Source: an uncultured archaeon
GTDB taxonomy: Archaea > Asgardarchaeota > Lokiarchaeia > Sigyniarchaeales > SOKP01
Assembly (NCBI GenBank): GCA_964486045.1
Contig: CAZALK010000003.1
Span: forward strand, 32,001-96,000
DNA length: 64,000 nt
Direction of reading: 5' to 3'
Shown piece by piece: positions 29,603 through 40,010 of the stretch. Position 1 is the stretch's first letter; each line of letters opens with the position of its first letter. Made by a program: the position numbers and the translations under genes. The notes below the pieces were generated by a model. That model ran no database searches. It was not told where the DNA came from and worked only from the letters and a program-made list of their open reading frames with translations.

Positions 29603-31660
29603 TTATCTTATTTTTGCCCCAGACTCTATATCTTTATCTGGTACTAAAACTGAAACAATTTCTCCCTCTTCAGCTGCTAAAAGCATTCCTTCACTTGTAA
29701 TTCCTCTTAGTTTCCGCGGTTCTAAGTTAGCTAAAATGACAATTTTCTTTCCAACTAACTCGTCTATTTTGTATAATTCAGCTAAACCAGCAACTAAAGT
29801 ACGTTTTTCATCCCCAAAACTTACTGTAAGTTTATACAATTTATCCGCTTTTGGTACTTTTTCAACTTTGTCAATTAAAGCAATCCTTATATCTAATTTT
29901 TGAAAATCATCATATGAAATCAATTCTTTCTCTCCTTTTTTTGGCTCTTCTCCCTTTAATTTTTTGTATTTATTTTTTATTTCCTCAATATCTAATTTTT
30001 GAAAAAGAGGTTCTGGTTTTTTAATATATCCCCCTGATTTGACAGAATTCTCATTAATGCTGTCCCATTTTAACTCTGATAATTTTGCAGAATTTATATA
30101 AGATAGTATCTTCTCAGATGTTTCAGGAATGAAAGGACTTAACAATATTGCTAAAGCATATACTGCTTGAACGCATATATTAAATACATGCCCTACGGCA
30201 TCTCTATTTTTTTTAATTAAATGCCAAGGGGCTTTGTCATTTAAATATATATTCCCTTCCTTTCCAAAATTCACTATTTCTCTAATGGCTTTTCTTAACT
30301 TAAAAGTACGCAAACTTTTCCCAACTTTAATCCCAATTTCATCTATTTTTTTAATGAATTTTATATCCGTGTCATCATAATCTATTTTTTTAGGAATTTT
30401 GCTGTTAAATTGCTTTTCGATAAAGGTTAAAGTCCGATGTATAAAATTTCCGATATTATCGTTAAGAGTTTTTATATTATTTTCAAATTCAGACCACAGA
30501 AAAGAAGTATCACTTGTTTCAGGACGATTAAATATCAAATTAAATCTCCAATAATCAAGAGCAGCTAGTTCCAGTGCATCATCAATCCATATCCCAATTC
30601 CTCTTGATTTAGAAAATTTCTCATTCTCATACATCAAAAATTCGGTTGATGAGACATTATAGGGGATAACAAACTGTTCTCCTTTCTTTTTATCAGCATT
30701 ATAGCTTAAAATAAGACTTGGGAGAATAATCCAGTGAAAAATAATATTATCTTTAGCCACAAAGAATACTGTTTTCGTCTCTTGATCTTTCCAGAAGTAT
30801 CCGAATTTCTCAGGTTTTCCGATTAACTTATCTGCCCATTCTTTCACAGCAGTTATATATCCTAATACAGCTTCAAACCAAACATAAATCGTTTTGTTTT
30901 CAGCTCCTTTGAAGGGTGCAGGAATGCCCCATTCTAAATCTCGTGTAATGGCGCGTTCAGGTAAGCCCTCTGCAATGCTATTTAAACACATTTGTCGAGC
31001 GTTGTCAGGCATAATTTCATTCTCTTCAATTAATTGTTTCAATTGATCCTGTAATTTAGGTAAATCTAAATACCAATGCTTCGTTTTTTTAATTATCGGA
31101 GTATTTCCACAAATTGCACATCTAGGTTTTATCAATTCTAATGGTGTTAATAACTTTTGGCACTTATCACATTGATCTCCTCTAGCTCCATCATCTTTGC
31201 AGTTAGGACAAGTCCCTTCTACAAATCTATCTGGCAAGAACAAGCCATCATCTTCACAATAAAGAGATTCTATTTCTTTTTCAGTTATATAACCGTTCTT
31301 CTGTATGTCTAAATACATTTTCTGCACAAATTCAATATGAGTAGGATTATGAGTTATTGTGTAATTATCAAAAGAAATTTGCCATTTTTCATGCAAATCT
31401 TTAATAATATTATGATATTTTGTGGCTAATTCTTCTGCTTGAACATTCAGTTTTTTTGCTTCCACAGAAATGGGGGTTCCATGAGAATCTGAACCAGATA
31501 CAAACACTACTTCCTCTCCATTCATTCTCAAAAATCTTGCAAATATATCAGCAGATAGAGTACTTCCGATTAAATTACCCAGATGAGGTGTGGCATTCAC
31601 GTACGGCCATGCAGAAGTAACTACCCATTTTCCTTTAGGATTATCCTTTAAATTAATCAC
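29603..31660 (-). CDS. metG: Methionine--tRNA ligase with C-terminal tRNA-binding (EMAP/Trbp) domain
   Basis: PYVNATPHLGN, Zn knuckles, YVWFEA, KFSKS, NLEPRKLRGITSEGMLL; GTG start. Confidence 0.98.
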   Translation of the reverse strand: MINLKDNPKGKWVVTSAWPYVNATPHLGNLIGSTLSADIFARFLRMNGEEVVFVSGSDSHGTPISVEAKKLNVQAEELATKYHNIIKDLHEKWQISFDNYTITHNPTHIEFVQKMYLDIQKNGYITEKEIESLYCEDDGLFLPDRFVEGTCPNCKDDGARGDQCDKCQKLLTPLELIKPRCAICGNTPIIKKTKHWYLDLPKLQDQLKQLIEENEIMPDNARQMCLNSIAEGLPERAITRDLEWGIPAPFKGAENKTIYVWFEAVLGYITAVKEWADKLIGKPEKFGYFWKDQETKTVFFVAKDNIIFHWIILPSLILSYNADKKKGEQFVIPYNVSSTEFLMYENEKFSKSRGIGIWIDDALELAALDYWRFNLIFNRPETSDTSFLWSEFENNIKTLNDNIGNFIHRTLTFIEKQFNSKIPKKIDYDDTDIKFIKKIDEIGIKVGKSLRTFKLRKAIREIVNFGKEGNIYLNDKAPWHLIKKNRDAVGHVFNICVQAVYALAILLSPFIPETSEKILSYINSAKLSELKWDSINENSVKSGGYIKKPEPLFQKLDIEEIKNKYKKLKGEEPKKGEKELISYDDFQKLDIRIALIDKVEKVPKADKLYKLTVSFGDEKRTLVAGLAELYKIDELVGKKIVILANLEPRKLRGITSEGMLLAAEEGEIVSVLVPDKDIESGAKIR

Positions 31661-31754
31661 CTATTCACACTTGTTTAGATATAAAACGAATATTAGCTTA
31701 AATATTTTAAACTAAACAAGTTGATATTTTTATTTTTATTTTAGGAACAACTTT

Positions 31755-32936
31755 TTAATCAGAAGCTATTTTGGCACCACAATTTCTACAAGCGCTAATT
31801 TCTTTAATCATTTTACCTAAACAGGGTTTATGATAATAAGAACCACATTTTTCACATTGAAAAACTTGATAATCCCCTAAAAAAATGCTATGGCAATAAA
31901 AACATGACGCATCGATTTGATTAACATTTTCTGGAGGAATTAATGTAAGTTTGGTTTCTAATCCTTCATCTTCTTCTATTATTGTTATCCCAACCTTGTC
32001 TTCATCTCTATCCTGAACAAACTTTAGAGCAGCTCTTGGTAATTCTAATAAAAAAAAGCAAAATGGACACCTAAATACAGTTTCTTTATATTCTGTTTTT
32101 TTCGCCCACATTGCGGCACACGATAAATGCATTGCCCTATCGCATGATGGACAATACCTACCCTCGCTGTAAAAGTCTGAGCCAGTAAGAAGAGCTTTAA
32201 CAGAATGACAAATGTTACATTTATCTTTTCCTCTACCCTTTCCGCTCATCATTAACCTCATTTCTAACAAATTAGGCCGTCTTAATGGTAATGCGATTTC
32301 ACTCACCAATGGAGCAATTTCTTCCTTTTTTTCAGGAGAAAAATAATCGATAGTTTCCCTTACCTCTTTTTTTGAAGCAAAAGCTTTTCCTGCATTAACT
32401 ATTTCTTTAGTATTATTAAAAAAACCAAATTCTCCTCTAGTTTTTTGGGTAATTCTTTTTATTGTATTTTCTTCAAATCCTTCAATTCCTCCCAACTGGC
32501 AAGCGTCAATGTAAACACCCAAGCCCTTTGCAATATTTACCATTTTATCTAATCGATCTTTATCAAATACTAACTTACTATCAGTTATAATGAGAATTCG
32601 TGGAATTTTTCCACCTATTTTCCGCATTTCTTCAACTAAGATTTGTAGAGCAAATGCGATTCCTTCATGCAATATTCCCCTTCCAGAAATTTGAATAGTC
32701 TTTAAAGAATTTATTAATTTCTCCTCCTCGTAGGCGAAACCAACTAGTTTATGTGAAGTCTCCCCAAAAGAAATTACCGAAATTCTGTCCTTCATATCGA
32801 TTGTTAATTTTGATTTGATGAAGTTTTTCGCTGTTTGAAGCCCTGCAGCTAACCGACTTGGTTTAAAATCCTTTCTGAGCATTGACCTCGAAGTATCAAG
32901 TAAAATTACTGTATCTTCAATTTTTATCTCTGGCAC
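31755..32936 (-). CDS. vWA domain (Ssl1/p44- or Rpn10-like) plus two C4HC3 RING/PHD-type fingers
   Basis: LLDTSRSMLRKDFKPSRL MIDAS; CNIC..CPSC..HLSC..CPFC and CFYC..CEKC..HKPC..CRNC. Confidence 0.8.
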   Translation of the reverse strand: MPEIKIEDTVILLDTSRSMLRKDFKPSRLAAGLQTAKNFIKSKLTIDMKDRISVISFGETSHKLVGFAYEEEKLINSLKTIQISGRGILHEGIAFALQILVEEMRKIGGKIPRILIITDSKLVFDKDRLDKMVNIAKGLGVYIDACQLGGIEGFEENTIKRITQKTRGEFGFFNNTKEIVNAGKAFASKKEVRETIDYFSPEKKEEIAPLVSEIALPLRRPNLLEMRLMMSGKGRGKDKCNICHSVKALLTGSDFYSEGRYCPSCDRAMHLSCAAMWAKKTEYKETVFRCPFCFFLLELPRAALKFVQDRDEDKVGITIIEEDEGLETKLTLIPPENVNQIDASCFYCHSIFLGDYQVFQCEKCGSYYHKPCLGKMIKEISACRNCGAKIASD

Positions 32937-33057
32937 GGTTTCTCCAAAATTCTCTTATTATCAGAAATTAATAAAATAATAATAGTAAAATCTTATAAAT
33001 TTCTATATTCTATAAATCAAGGTGAAAATATGAATAAAGATGTTATATTAACAGATA

Positions 33058-34407
33058 TTACTTTAAAAAATTATAAGCAAATAATGTATATACTTTCACT
33101 GAGTTAATAAAATCTCGAATTTCTATATATTCATTTGTTGTATGAGCAGTTCTGGCACTTCCAGGGCCAAAGAGAATTGTAGGAGGACAATAACCTTCAT
33201 TTCTTAAATAGTGAGCATCCGCAGAAGGGGGATAAAGAAAATAAAACGGTTTCTTCTTGTAGATGTCAGCTACAAGCTGATGTAAAAAATTTAAATCTGT
33301 AGAATTTTCCCAACCTTCCCAATACGAACCTTCTGAAGCGTTGATAATCTCCAAATAGACAAAAATGTCTTCAGGATTTCCTGTAGGTTCATCTCTAATA
33401 TCAAAACCTACTTCTTTTTTGATAAGCTCACTTAAGCCATTTATGATATCATTTTCTTTTTGTCCCGGTGACAATCTAAAATCGATTGTAGCTTCACACC
33501 TATCTGGAACAACATTATCTTTAATTCCCCCTTTAATCAAAGTTAAAACTTTTGTGGATTTTATTGCATCAAGAAGGGTTTTAAGCAATGGTTGTTCATT
33601 TAGAATTCTATTAAAGACATCTTCATTAACAAATGCGTCGCTAACTAATTTTTTCAACTGTTCCTTCTCAATTGGTGGTTTTACATACTGTATATATTTA
33701 TCAAGTTCACCTAATTTTTCTATTATTTTACTCATCATAGATATTGCATTTTTCCCTAGAGTAGGTAATGCTGCATGAGCGGAAATACCATTAGTGACTA
33801 CTTTCACTAACATACGACCTCTTTCACCTAAAATTATTGCTTTTGGTAAAGGACTGAGACCCGTAGGTTCCCCAATTATACAAAAATCTACAGAAATGTC
33901 CTTTAATTTATTATCCAAGCACCATTTGGTACCAAGTTTTCCATTAGTTTCTTCATCTGAAACGGCATTTAGGAACAGAGTTCCAGATAACGTTATTCCT
34001 AATTTTTTTAAGATCTTTAACGTTATAACCATTGCAGCTAGCCCTCCCTTCATATCAGTAGTACCTCTCCCAAAAATCCGTTTCCTTTTAATTGTTGCAG
34101 AAAGAGGGGGCATTTTCCATTCCTCTTCGGAACCGGGGGGAACAACATCCATATGCCCATTAAATAATAGATTTTTACCTTTAGAATCTTCATTCAATGT
34201 AGCTATTAAATTAGCCCGATTATCACCAAAAGGAAAAATTTCACAATTGATACCTACCTCGTTTAAATATTGTTCAATCATCATCGCTACATTTTTCTCG
34301 TTGCCCGGTGGATTGTAAGAATTTGTTTGAATCAAATCCCTTAGAAATTCGATATATTCCTCAGTATTATCTTCAATTTCTTGAATTATCAATTCTTCTT
34401 CCAACAT
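33058..34407 (-). CDS. M20 metallopeptidase, ArgE/DapE family
   Basis: NGHMDVVP, GRGTTDMKGG, SDEE, IGEP, DNVVP, AHTTNE. Confidence 0.92.
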   Translation of the reverse strand: MLEEELIIQEIEDNTEEYIEFLRDLIQTNSYNPPGNEKNVAMMIEQYLNEVGINCEIFPFGDNRANLIATLNEDSKGKNLLFNGHMDVVPPGSEEEWKMPPLSATIKRKRIFGRGTTDMKGGLAAMVITLKILKKLGITLSGTLFLNAVSDEETNGKLGTKWCLDNKLKDISVDFCIIGEPTGLSPLPKAIILGERGRMLVKVVTNGISAHAALPTLGKNAISMMSKIIEKLGELDKYIQYVKPPIEKEQLKKLVSDAFVNEDVFNRILNEQPLLKTLLDAIKSTKVLTLIKGGIKDNVVPDRCEATIDFRLSPGQKENDIINGLSELIKKEVGFDIRDEPTGNPEDIFVYLEIINASEGSYWEGWENSTDLNFLHQLVADIYKKKPFYFLYPPSADAHYLRNEGYCPPTILFGPGSARTAHTTNEYIEIRDFINSVKVYTLFAYNFLK

Positions 34408-34445
34408 CTTTCCCTTTATTTTATTTATATTTATTTATCAATTAC

Positions 34446-34505
34446 GACAGGATTAAAGAAATGGCTTACTGTAGTGGTGTCTGTTGCATGCTAGGTTTGA
34501 AAAAT
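34446..34505 (+). pseudogene. About 60-bp scrap resembling the HdrA YCSxxCCM motif
   Basis: DRIKEMAYCSGVCCMLGLKN versus HdrA RD...YCSRVCCMYxLK. Confidence 0.5.
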
Positions 34506-34847
34506 TTAATCACGGAAGAGAAAATAGCTTCATAATAGGTAGATATAATTAAACTTATCTTAAAGAATTTTCCCTAACTTTCTTCAAATCTCTCCTTTTA
34601 TTAAAATAAGTTCACTACTCTTCCTTTTCTTTTTTTTTTCCTTCCTGTATTAATGCCAAAAATCTTTTTTTAAAGCATGAAACAGAAACCACCAAAGATT
34701 TTTTTTAATTATAGAATATGTTATAAAAAAAAAAGAAGTTATATCTTATATTGAAATTTAAAGTCAAAAAAGAAAGAATTGAGGAACAAATGTAGAAAGT
34801 AAGTGTTAAAAACTATAATATTATAAATTATTATGGAGGAGTAGAAC

Positions 34848-35324
34848 TTGAAAAGTACTAAAAAGTTGGGACAACCAATTTCATCTAAAACAGGAGAACC
34901 ATTAAAGCCGTTTATAAAACCGAGGGATACATTACTACGAGGGATCATAATTATTAACTTTGGATTTTTTATGTGGTTGATAGCATATATAGGGGGAAAT
35001 AATTTTACTGACCCGTTAATTTTTTCATTTATTATAGGGTGTGTATTGATTTCTCGTGCAAAACTTGGCAATAAACATGTGCTGGCTCACCAAATAATCA
35101 TATTAATAAGCGATATCTTTACATTTATTATGGGATTTGTTTTATCAATATACTTTTGGTCAGCACCTAATCATCTATTGTTCATGATAATGGGTATTAT
35201 AATCATTATAGTACTTACCTTGGTCTCCATTATTCATTGTTTATATTGGCTCGTGAAGTTGGAGAAATACAAGGTTAAAAATGAAGTCTTTAGAAGAGAT
35301 CGTAACTCTATTATTTATGAATAA
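34848..35324 (+). CDS. Hypothetical 4-TM membrane protein
   Basis: Four hydrophobic helices after a basic N-terminus. Confidence 0.6.
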   Translation: MKSTKKLGQPISSKTGEPLKPFIKPRDTLLRGIIIINFGFFMWLIAYIGGNNFTDPLIFSFIIGCVLISRAKLGNKHVLAHQIIILISDIFTFIMGFVLSIYFWSAPNHLLFMIMGIIIIIVLTLVSIIHCLYWLVKLEKYKVKNEVFRRDRNSIIYE

Positions 35325-35335
35325 AATATTACTAA

Positions 35336-35509
35336 ATCAGCGGTCGATGCTATTTTTCTCAAGATATTTGCGGAAGTGAAGAAAAATCAGCAAACAGAGG
35401 AATGTTTGAACAACCATGTAGAAGAAAATGGGGGCTTCGCGAGGAAAATGGCACAGAATATATATATGGTGGTTTTAGAGGTAATTTTAGAGAACAATAT
35501 TCTTATTAA
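35336..35509 (+). pseudogene. Internal fragment of a U32-family (TrhP/RlhA-like) gene
   Basis: ISGRCYFSQDICGSEEKSANRGMFEQPCRRKW matches SGRCxxS..SANRGxCxQPCR; one Cys codon reads TTT. Confidence 0.75.
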
Positions 35510-35621
35510 ATAATTATTTTAAATTTTATACAAGTATAAGATATAAATAATTTATTGTAGTGTTAAGTATTTCTTTTTGAAATTTGATACTTGTAAAAAA
35601 TAATTAGAAATAATTAGAGTG

Positions 35622-36718
35622 AATGAAAATCGTTTAAGCATAATAATAATAATAGAAAATAAAAGTTATAAAACAAGTTATATTTTTTCTCCAATTTAAT
35701 CTTGTATTGTTAGATAAGTGCACCTTAAACTATTATAAACCGTGCCATTTATCATTATATGACTGTAATCAAAAGGTAAATTGTGAAAGAGAATGAACCT
35801 GAAGAGAGTTAAGATTAAGAACAAAATAATGTCAATTTCTACTAGTATATCTTCTTTTTTTATTCCAATTTTTCAGTACGTTCCCTGTTTATCTATATGG
35901 AGAGGCATAATGAGTGTTCCATTAATAACTTACTTAACCTTCTTCTTTCAAAATCCCAAAATTCTATCTACTGACTATTTTTTTTTATTTGGAAATCATG
36001 GCATTTATTTTATTATCTTTGGTTTCTGGTTTTTTATAATCTCATTAATATTTCAATTAACTCATAGAAATCAGTTAATTCGAACCGGACCATATAAGTA
36101 TATAAGGCACCCTCAATATCTTGCTTTCATTCTTATGACCTTTGGAATGACATTAATAGTGTTTCAGACAACCCCAGTTGTCGAATTTAATCCCTTTCAT
36201 CTTGAAGGTTATACCATTATCTTCTATACTTGGATCGGTGAAGTGTTAGCGTACATAATCTTAGGAAAGATTGAAGATTTTGCATTGAAAGCTAAATATG
36301 GTGATGAATTTATTGAGTATAAAAATACAGTATTTTTTTTGTTCCCAACCATAAATTTAAAGAAAAATGACCCCAAACATAGAATTGAGAAAGAATAAAC
36401 CAGGTAGCAATTTCAATTACTTTTATATCTTAAAATCATTACTCATAATTTCTTCATTAATTTTATTATTTATCATTTTAGTTCAACTTATTAATTTAAG
36501 TTTATATGAACAACTACCAGCCTTTAGAAAAATAGATAACCTCGAATCAATTACCATTTCTATTCTAATAACCGCAATCTTTTTAATCTCTGCTCTGACA
36601 TTACTTACGTTAAAAGAATTTAGAAGCTATATAATAAGGAGAAAATATATTCAAAACAGTAATTCTTATTTATCTCTTACTAATATCTTTGAAAATGAAA
36701 ATCGTTTAAGCATAATAA
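35622..36718 (+). repeat. Exact 25-bp dispersed direct repeat aatgaaaatcgtttaagcataataa (35622-35646 intergenic; 36694-36718 inside the HTH gene)
   Basis: Direct sequence comparison. Confidence 0.8.
35793..36398 (+). CDS. Isoprenylcysteine carboxyl methyltransferase / PEMT-family membrane protein
   Basis: LIRTGPYKYIRHPQY, IEDFALKAKYGDEFIEYK. Confidence 0.8.
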   Translation: MNLKRVKIKNKIMSISTSISSFFIPIFQYVPCLSIWRGIMSVPLITYLTFFFQNPKILSTDYFFLFGNHGIYFIIFGFWFFIISLIFQLTHRNQLIRTGPYKYIRHPQYLAFILMTFGMTLIVFQTTPVVEFNPFHLEGYTIIFYTWIGEVLAYIILGKIEDFALKAKYGDEFIEYKNTVFFLFPTINLKKNDPKHRIEKE

Positions 36719-37104
36719 ATCAAATCCTGGAGAATCCAGGGATTCATCATAACGAATTGCTACGAAATTGCAATTTACAAAAAGGTCAATTACGATGGCA
36801 TTTAGATGTATTGCTAAAATATCATATTATAAAAAAAAAAAAATATGGGCAATTTATTATATATTTTCCGATTACAACCTCGTTTGATGCTAATGAATAT
36901 TTAGGGAATCTTATTACAAAATCAAAAACTACTTTGGAGATCTTAAATATTATTAAAGAAAATCCAGGAATTAATTCTTCTGAAATAGCCCGAATTCTAA
37001 GCCTTTCTCGTAATACTATAAAATATCATATTGATAAATTATCAAAAGAGAAACTGGTTATATTAACCAAAAAAGGTCGTGAAATAGAGTTACATCCTAT
37101 TTAA
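36367..37104 (+). CDS. Membrane-anchored double winged-HTH transcription regulator
   Basis: Two TM helices, then ENPGIHHNELLR..GQLRWHL and ENPGINSSEIAR..TIKYHI. Confidence 0.85.
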   Translation: MTPNIELRKNKPGSNFNYFYILKSLLIISSLILLFIILVQLINLSLYEQLPAFRKIDNLESITISILITAIFLISALTLLTLKEFRSYIIRRKYIQNSNSYLSLTNIFENENRLSIINQILENPGIHHNELLRNCNLQKGQLRWHLDVLLKYHIIKKKKYGQFIIYFPITTSFDANEYLGNLITKSKTTLEILNIIKENPGINSSEIARILSLSRNTIKYHIDKLSKEKLVILTKKGREIELHPI

Positions 37105-37110
37105 CTTAGT

Positions 37111-37662
37111 TTGTTAATTAAATTTAGAGTGTTAAAAATTAAAATTAAAAATTTTATTTGGATATTGCCATTAATTGGCGGACTTCTAACGCTCATAGCA
37201 ATTTTTACCCCAGCAGCTTATAATTTTGAGAGTAGTGGGCACTTAATTTTTTGGATGTGGGGTTGGTATGATAGATTAGGCATATGGGATTATTGTATGG
37301 TAAAGGGATTAATTTCTGATCCGTTGATCCTTAATATTGGAACTATTTGTACTGTATTAATAATAGTTGTTGCATCCATCTTCGTCGTTAACAGCATTTC
37401 AGCGGCTTTGATATTTAGGAAAGGTAATAGGTTTACCAAAATTGTATTATGGGTATGGTTTTTAAGTGGAATTTTATTTATTATAGCACCAATCTTTTGG
37501 ATGGCAATGGTACAAATTTTTCCACCATTTTCACCAATTCCTGTTGGTAGTGACCCTCCTCTTAATTTTTGGAGGATATTTTTTCCAGGCTGGGCAATTA
37601 TAGCCCCAATTTTAACTGGTGCTTTATCTTGTGGCACTATTATTTTGTCACGGGTGGAGTAA
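37111..37662 (+). CDS. Hypothetical membrane protein
   Basis: WILPLIGGLL..FTPAA..WMWG..PGWAIIAPILTGAL. Confidence 0.65.
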   Translation: MLIKFRVLKIKIKNFIWILPLIGGLLTLIAIFTPAAYNFESSGHLIFWMWGWYDRLGIWDYCMVKGLISDPLILNIGTICTVLIIVVASIFVVNSISAALIFRKGNRFTKIVLWVWFLSGILFIIAPIFWMAMVQIFPPFSPIPVGSDPPLNFWRIFFPGWAIIAPILTGALSCGTIILSRVE

Positions 37663-37841
37663 ATCCAATTACAAATGAAAAAATGGATGATACTACTATT
37701 TCAAGAAGCGATATTGTTGGTGTCCCTGATTTATCCACGAAAGCAATCACAGGATCAAATACCAAGTTTATACAGAAAAGTAAAAAAAGCTTTTATATGA
37801 TTGTTGTATTCATATTATCTACTAAATGAGGGTGAAATTAA

Positions 37842-40010
37842 TTGAGAAAAAAATATAGATTAAATCTATTAATAATTGTATTAATTCTATCGTTTCTTTT
37901 TAGTTTCAACAATATTACTCAAAATTACACCAATCTTAGAGATCCTAACGAAGTTGCTAGTGCTGGAGCGCTCAACACTCTTATCGTTGGAACCATGTAT
38001 GGTCCAGTTGACCTTGATCCAATAGTGGCTTGGGATAGTGCGTCATTTGCTGTAATTGATCAAGTAGTTGAGGGTTTATTCGCATATGATTTAGGTGATC
38101 CTGATATGGCATTAATACCGCGACTTGCCAGCGCTTTTGGTACATGGAATAGTGGGGCTACTGAATATACTGTACCCCTCAGAACGGGTGTTACATTTCA
38201 TGATGGAACAAACTTTAATGCTGCTGCTGTTGTTGCTCACTGGGATAGAATTGCCTGGGCTTTAAACAGTACTGGCACTAACACAGTTGGTATAACTCAG
38301 GTAGCTGAGTTATATAAATTTCCAGATGGTACACCTATTGTGAATAATGTCACTGACAATGGTGACAATACCGTAACTTTTTACATAAATGATCCCTTTG
38401 TACCATTTGTATCTCTCTTATGCTTCAGTGCTTCATATATTCAGTCACCTACATATACAGCTACTTTGACAGATTATATTGATACATCTATTGAGATCAT
38501 CGTCGGAACGGGACCTTTTGTTTATGATTCATACGAAGCTGGTGTCGAAGTACTATTTCACGCTTTTGATGATTATTGGAAAGGAAAAGCGAACATTAGT
38601 GAATTAGTTTTTAAAGAAATTGTTGATCCAATAGCCAGAAACAATGCATTACTGGCGGGAGATATTCATTTTTTATCATCCCCTTTATCAACTATGATAG
38701 ACGCTTTCAAGGCTCATCCTAACATAACTGTGTTAGATGCCGGAAAAAAAAACGCAATTACACAATATCTTGGGATGAATAACAATAATATAAATAAGAC
38801 CTTCAGAGAGGCAATTTCATATGCAATCAATTATTCATATATAATCGATGAACTTAGAGAAGGTAATGCTGTCAGAATGAGATCTCCTATTCCAGAAGGA
38901 ATTATGTTTTCTAACACCACATTTGACGTACCGATTTTAAACCTGACACATGCAAGATTGGTAATGCAATCTATGGGATTTGGAGTAGGTTTTAACTTAT
39001 TTGCCGATACTGAATGGATAAATCAGAAAGCCACTGCTCCATTTGCAACATTTAATTATACTTATAATATTGGAAATACGTTGAGAGAAGATTTATTGAT
39101 TCTACTACAAGATAATCTCGGAAAAATTGGAATCAACGTAACCGAAGCTGGTATGACATGGGGAGATTTTATTTACTCGCTCTATGAAATCGGTGGTCGA
39201 CATAGAGATCATTTAGAACTTTATTTCATTGGATGGGGTCCTGATTATAATGATCCAAGCAACTTCATCAATCCATTGTTTACAAATAGATCTGTAGCTT
39301 CTAATGGAGTAGATTATAATGGTTACCTTGCAGCAATAGAGGATGGTAGAGATCCATTTGACCAGAATGACAATGTTCAGCTCTTAATGGAAGCGGCTAA
39401 TATCGAAACCGATCCAGTAGCAAGAGAAGCCATGTATGACAGAATTCAAGAACTTTTGATTGAGCGAGATTTTCCATGGGCTTTAGGTTATGTTTCAAAA
39501 ATATATCATGCTCATCATGTCAATTTAACTGGATTTCAACAAAATGCTTATAATAAGTTAGATTTCTATTCTTGTCAATGGGACTATTATAATCCCGCTA
39601 TTATACCAATAGTTGATTCCCTCTCTATTACTACTCCTGATAGCTCCAGTTCATGGGAAGCAGGTACTATTCATTCTATTGCATGGACATCAACAGGTAG
39701 TATCACAAATGTGCAAATTGAACTCTATATTTCAGGAATTCTTAACTTAGTTCTCACTTCGGGTACCCCGAACGATGGTGAGATATCATGGACAATTCCA
39801 TCTGAACTCACGAATTCTACGTTTTATCAGATAAAAATCACTGATTTGTCTAATTCTTCCACATATGGTTATAGTGATTATTTTGCGATATACGATCCCG
39901 CTATTACTGAAGAACCTATTCCAGGATATAGTCTCTACTTCCTATTTATGATACTAAGTATAGTCTCAGTGGTTCTGATAAAAAAGCAGTATAAACATTT
40001 AAAAAAATAA
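37842..40010 (+). CDS. ABC peptide-binding protein (SBP family 5) with Ser/Thr-rich Ig-like domain and IPGY-TM sorting tail
   Basis: DLDP, LRTGVTFHDGT, VGTGPF, GWGPDYNDP; C-terminal IPGYSLYFLFMILSIVSVVLIKK; no permease or ATPase nearby. Confidence 0.88.
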   Translation: MRKKYRLNLLIIVLILSFLFSFNNITQNYTNLRDPNEVASAGALNTLIVGTMYGPVDLDPIVAWDSASFAVIDQVVEGLFAYDLGDPDMALIPRLASAFGTWNSGATEYTVPLRTGVTFHDGTNFNAAAVVAHWDRIAWALNSTGTNTVGITQVAELYKFPDGTPIVNNVTDNGDNTVTFYINDPFVPFVSLLCFSASYIQSPTYTATLTDYIDTSIEIIVGTGPFVYDSYEAGVEVLFHAFDDYWKGKANISELVFKEIVDPIARNNALLAGDIHFLSSPLSTMIDAFKAHPNITVLDAGKKNAITQYLGMNNNNINKTFREAISYAINYSYIIDELREGNAVRMRSPIPEGIMFSNTTFDVPILNLTHARLVMQSMGFGVGFNLFADTEWINQKATAPFATFNYTYNIGNTLREDLLILLQDNLGKIGINVTEAGMTWGDFIYSLYEIGGRHRDHLELYFIGWGPDYNDPSNFINPLFTNRSVASNGVDYNGYLAAIEDGRDPFDQNDNVQLLMEAANIETDPVAREAMYDRIQELLIERDFPWALGYVSKIYHAHHVNLTGFQQNAYNKLDFYSCQWDYYNPAIIPIVDSLSITTPDSSSSWEAGTIHSIAWTSTGSITNVQIELYISGILNLVLTSGTPNDGEISWTIPSELTNSTFYQIKITDLSNSSTYGYSDYFAIYDPAITEEPIPGYSLYFLFMILSIVSVVLIKKQYKHLKK

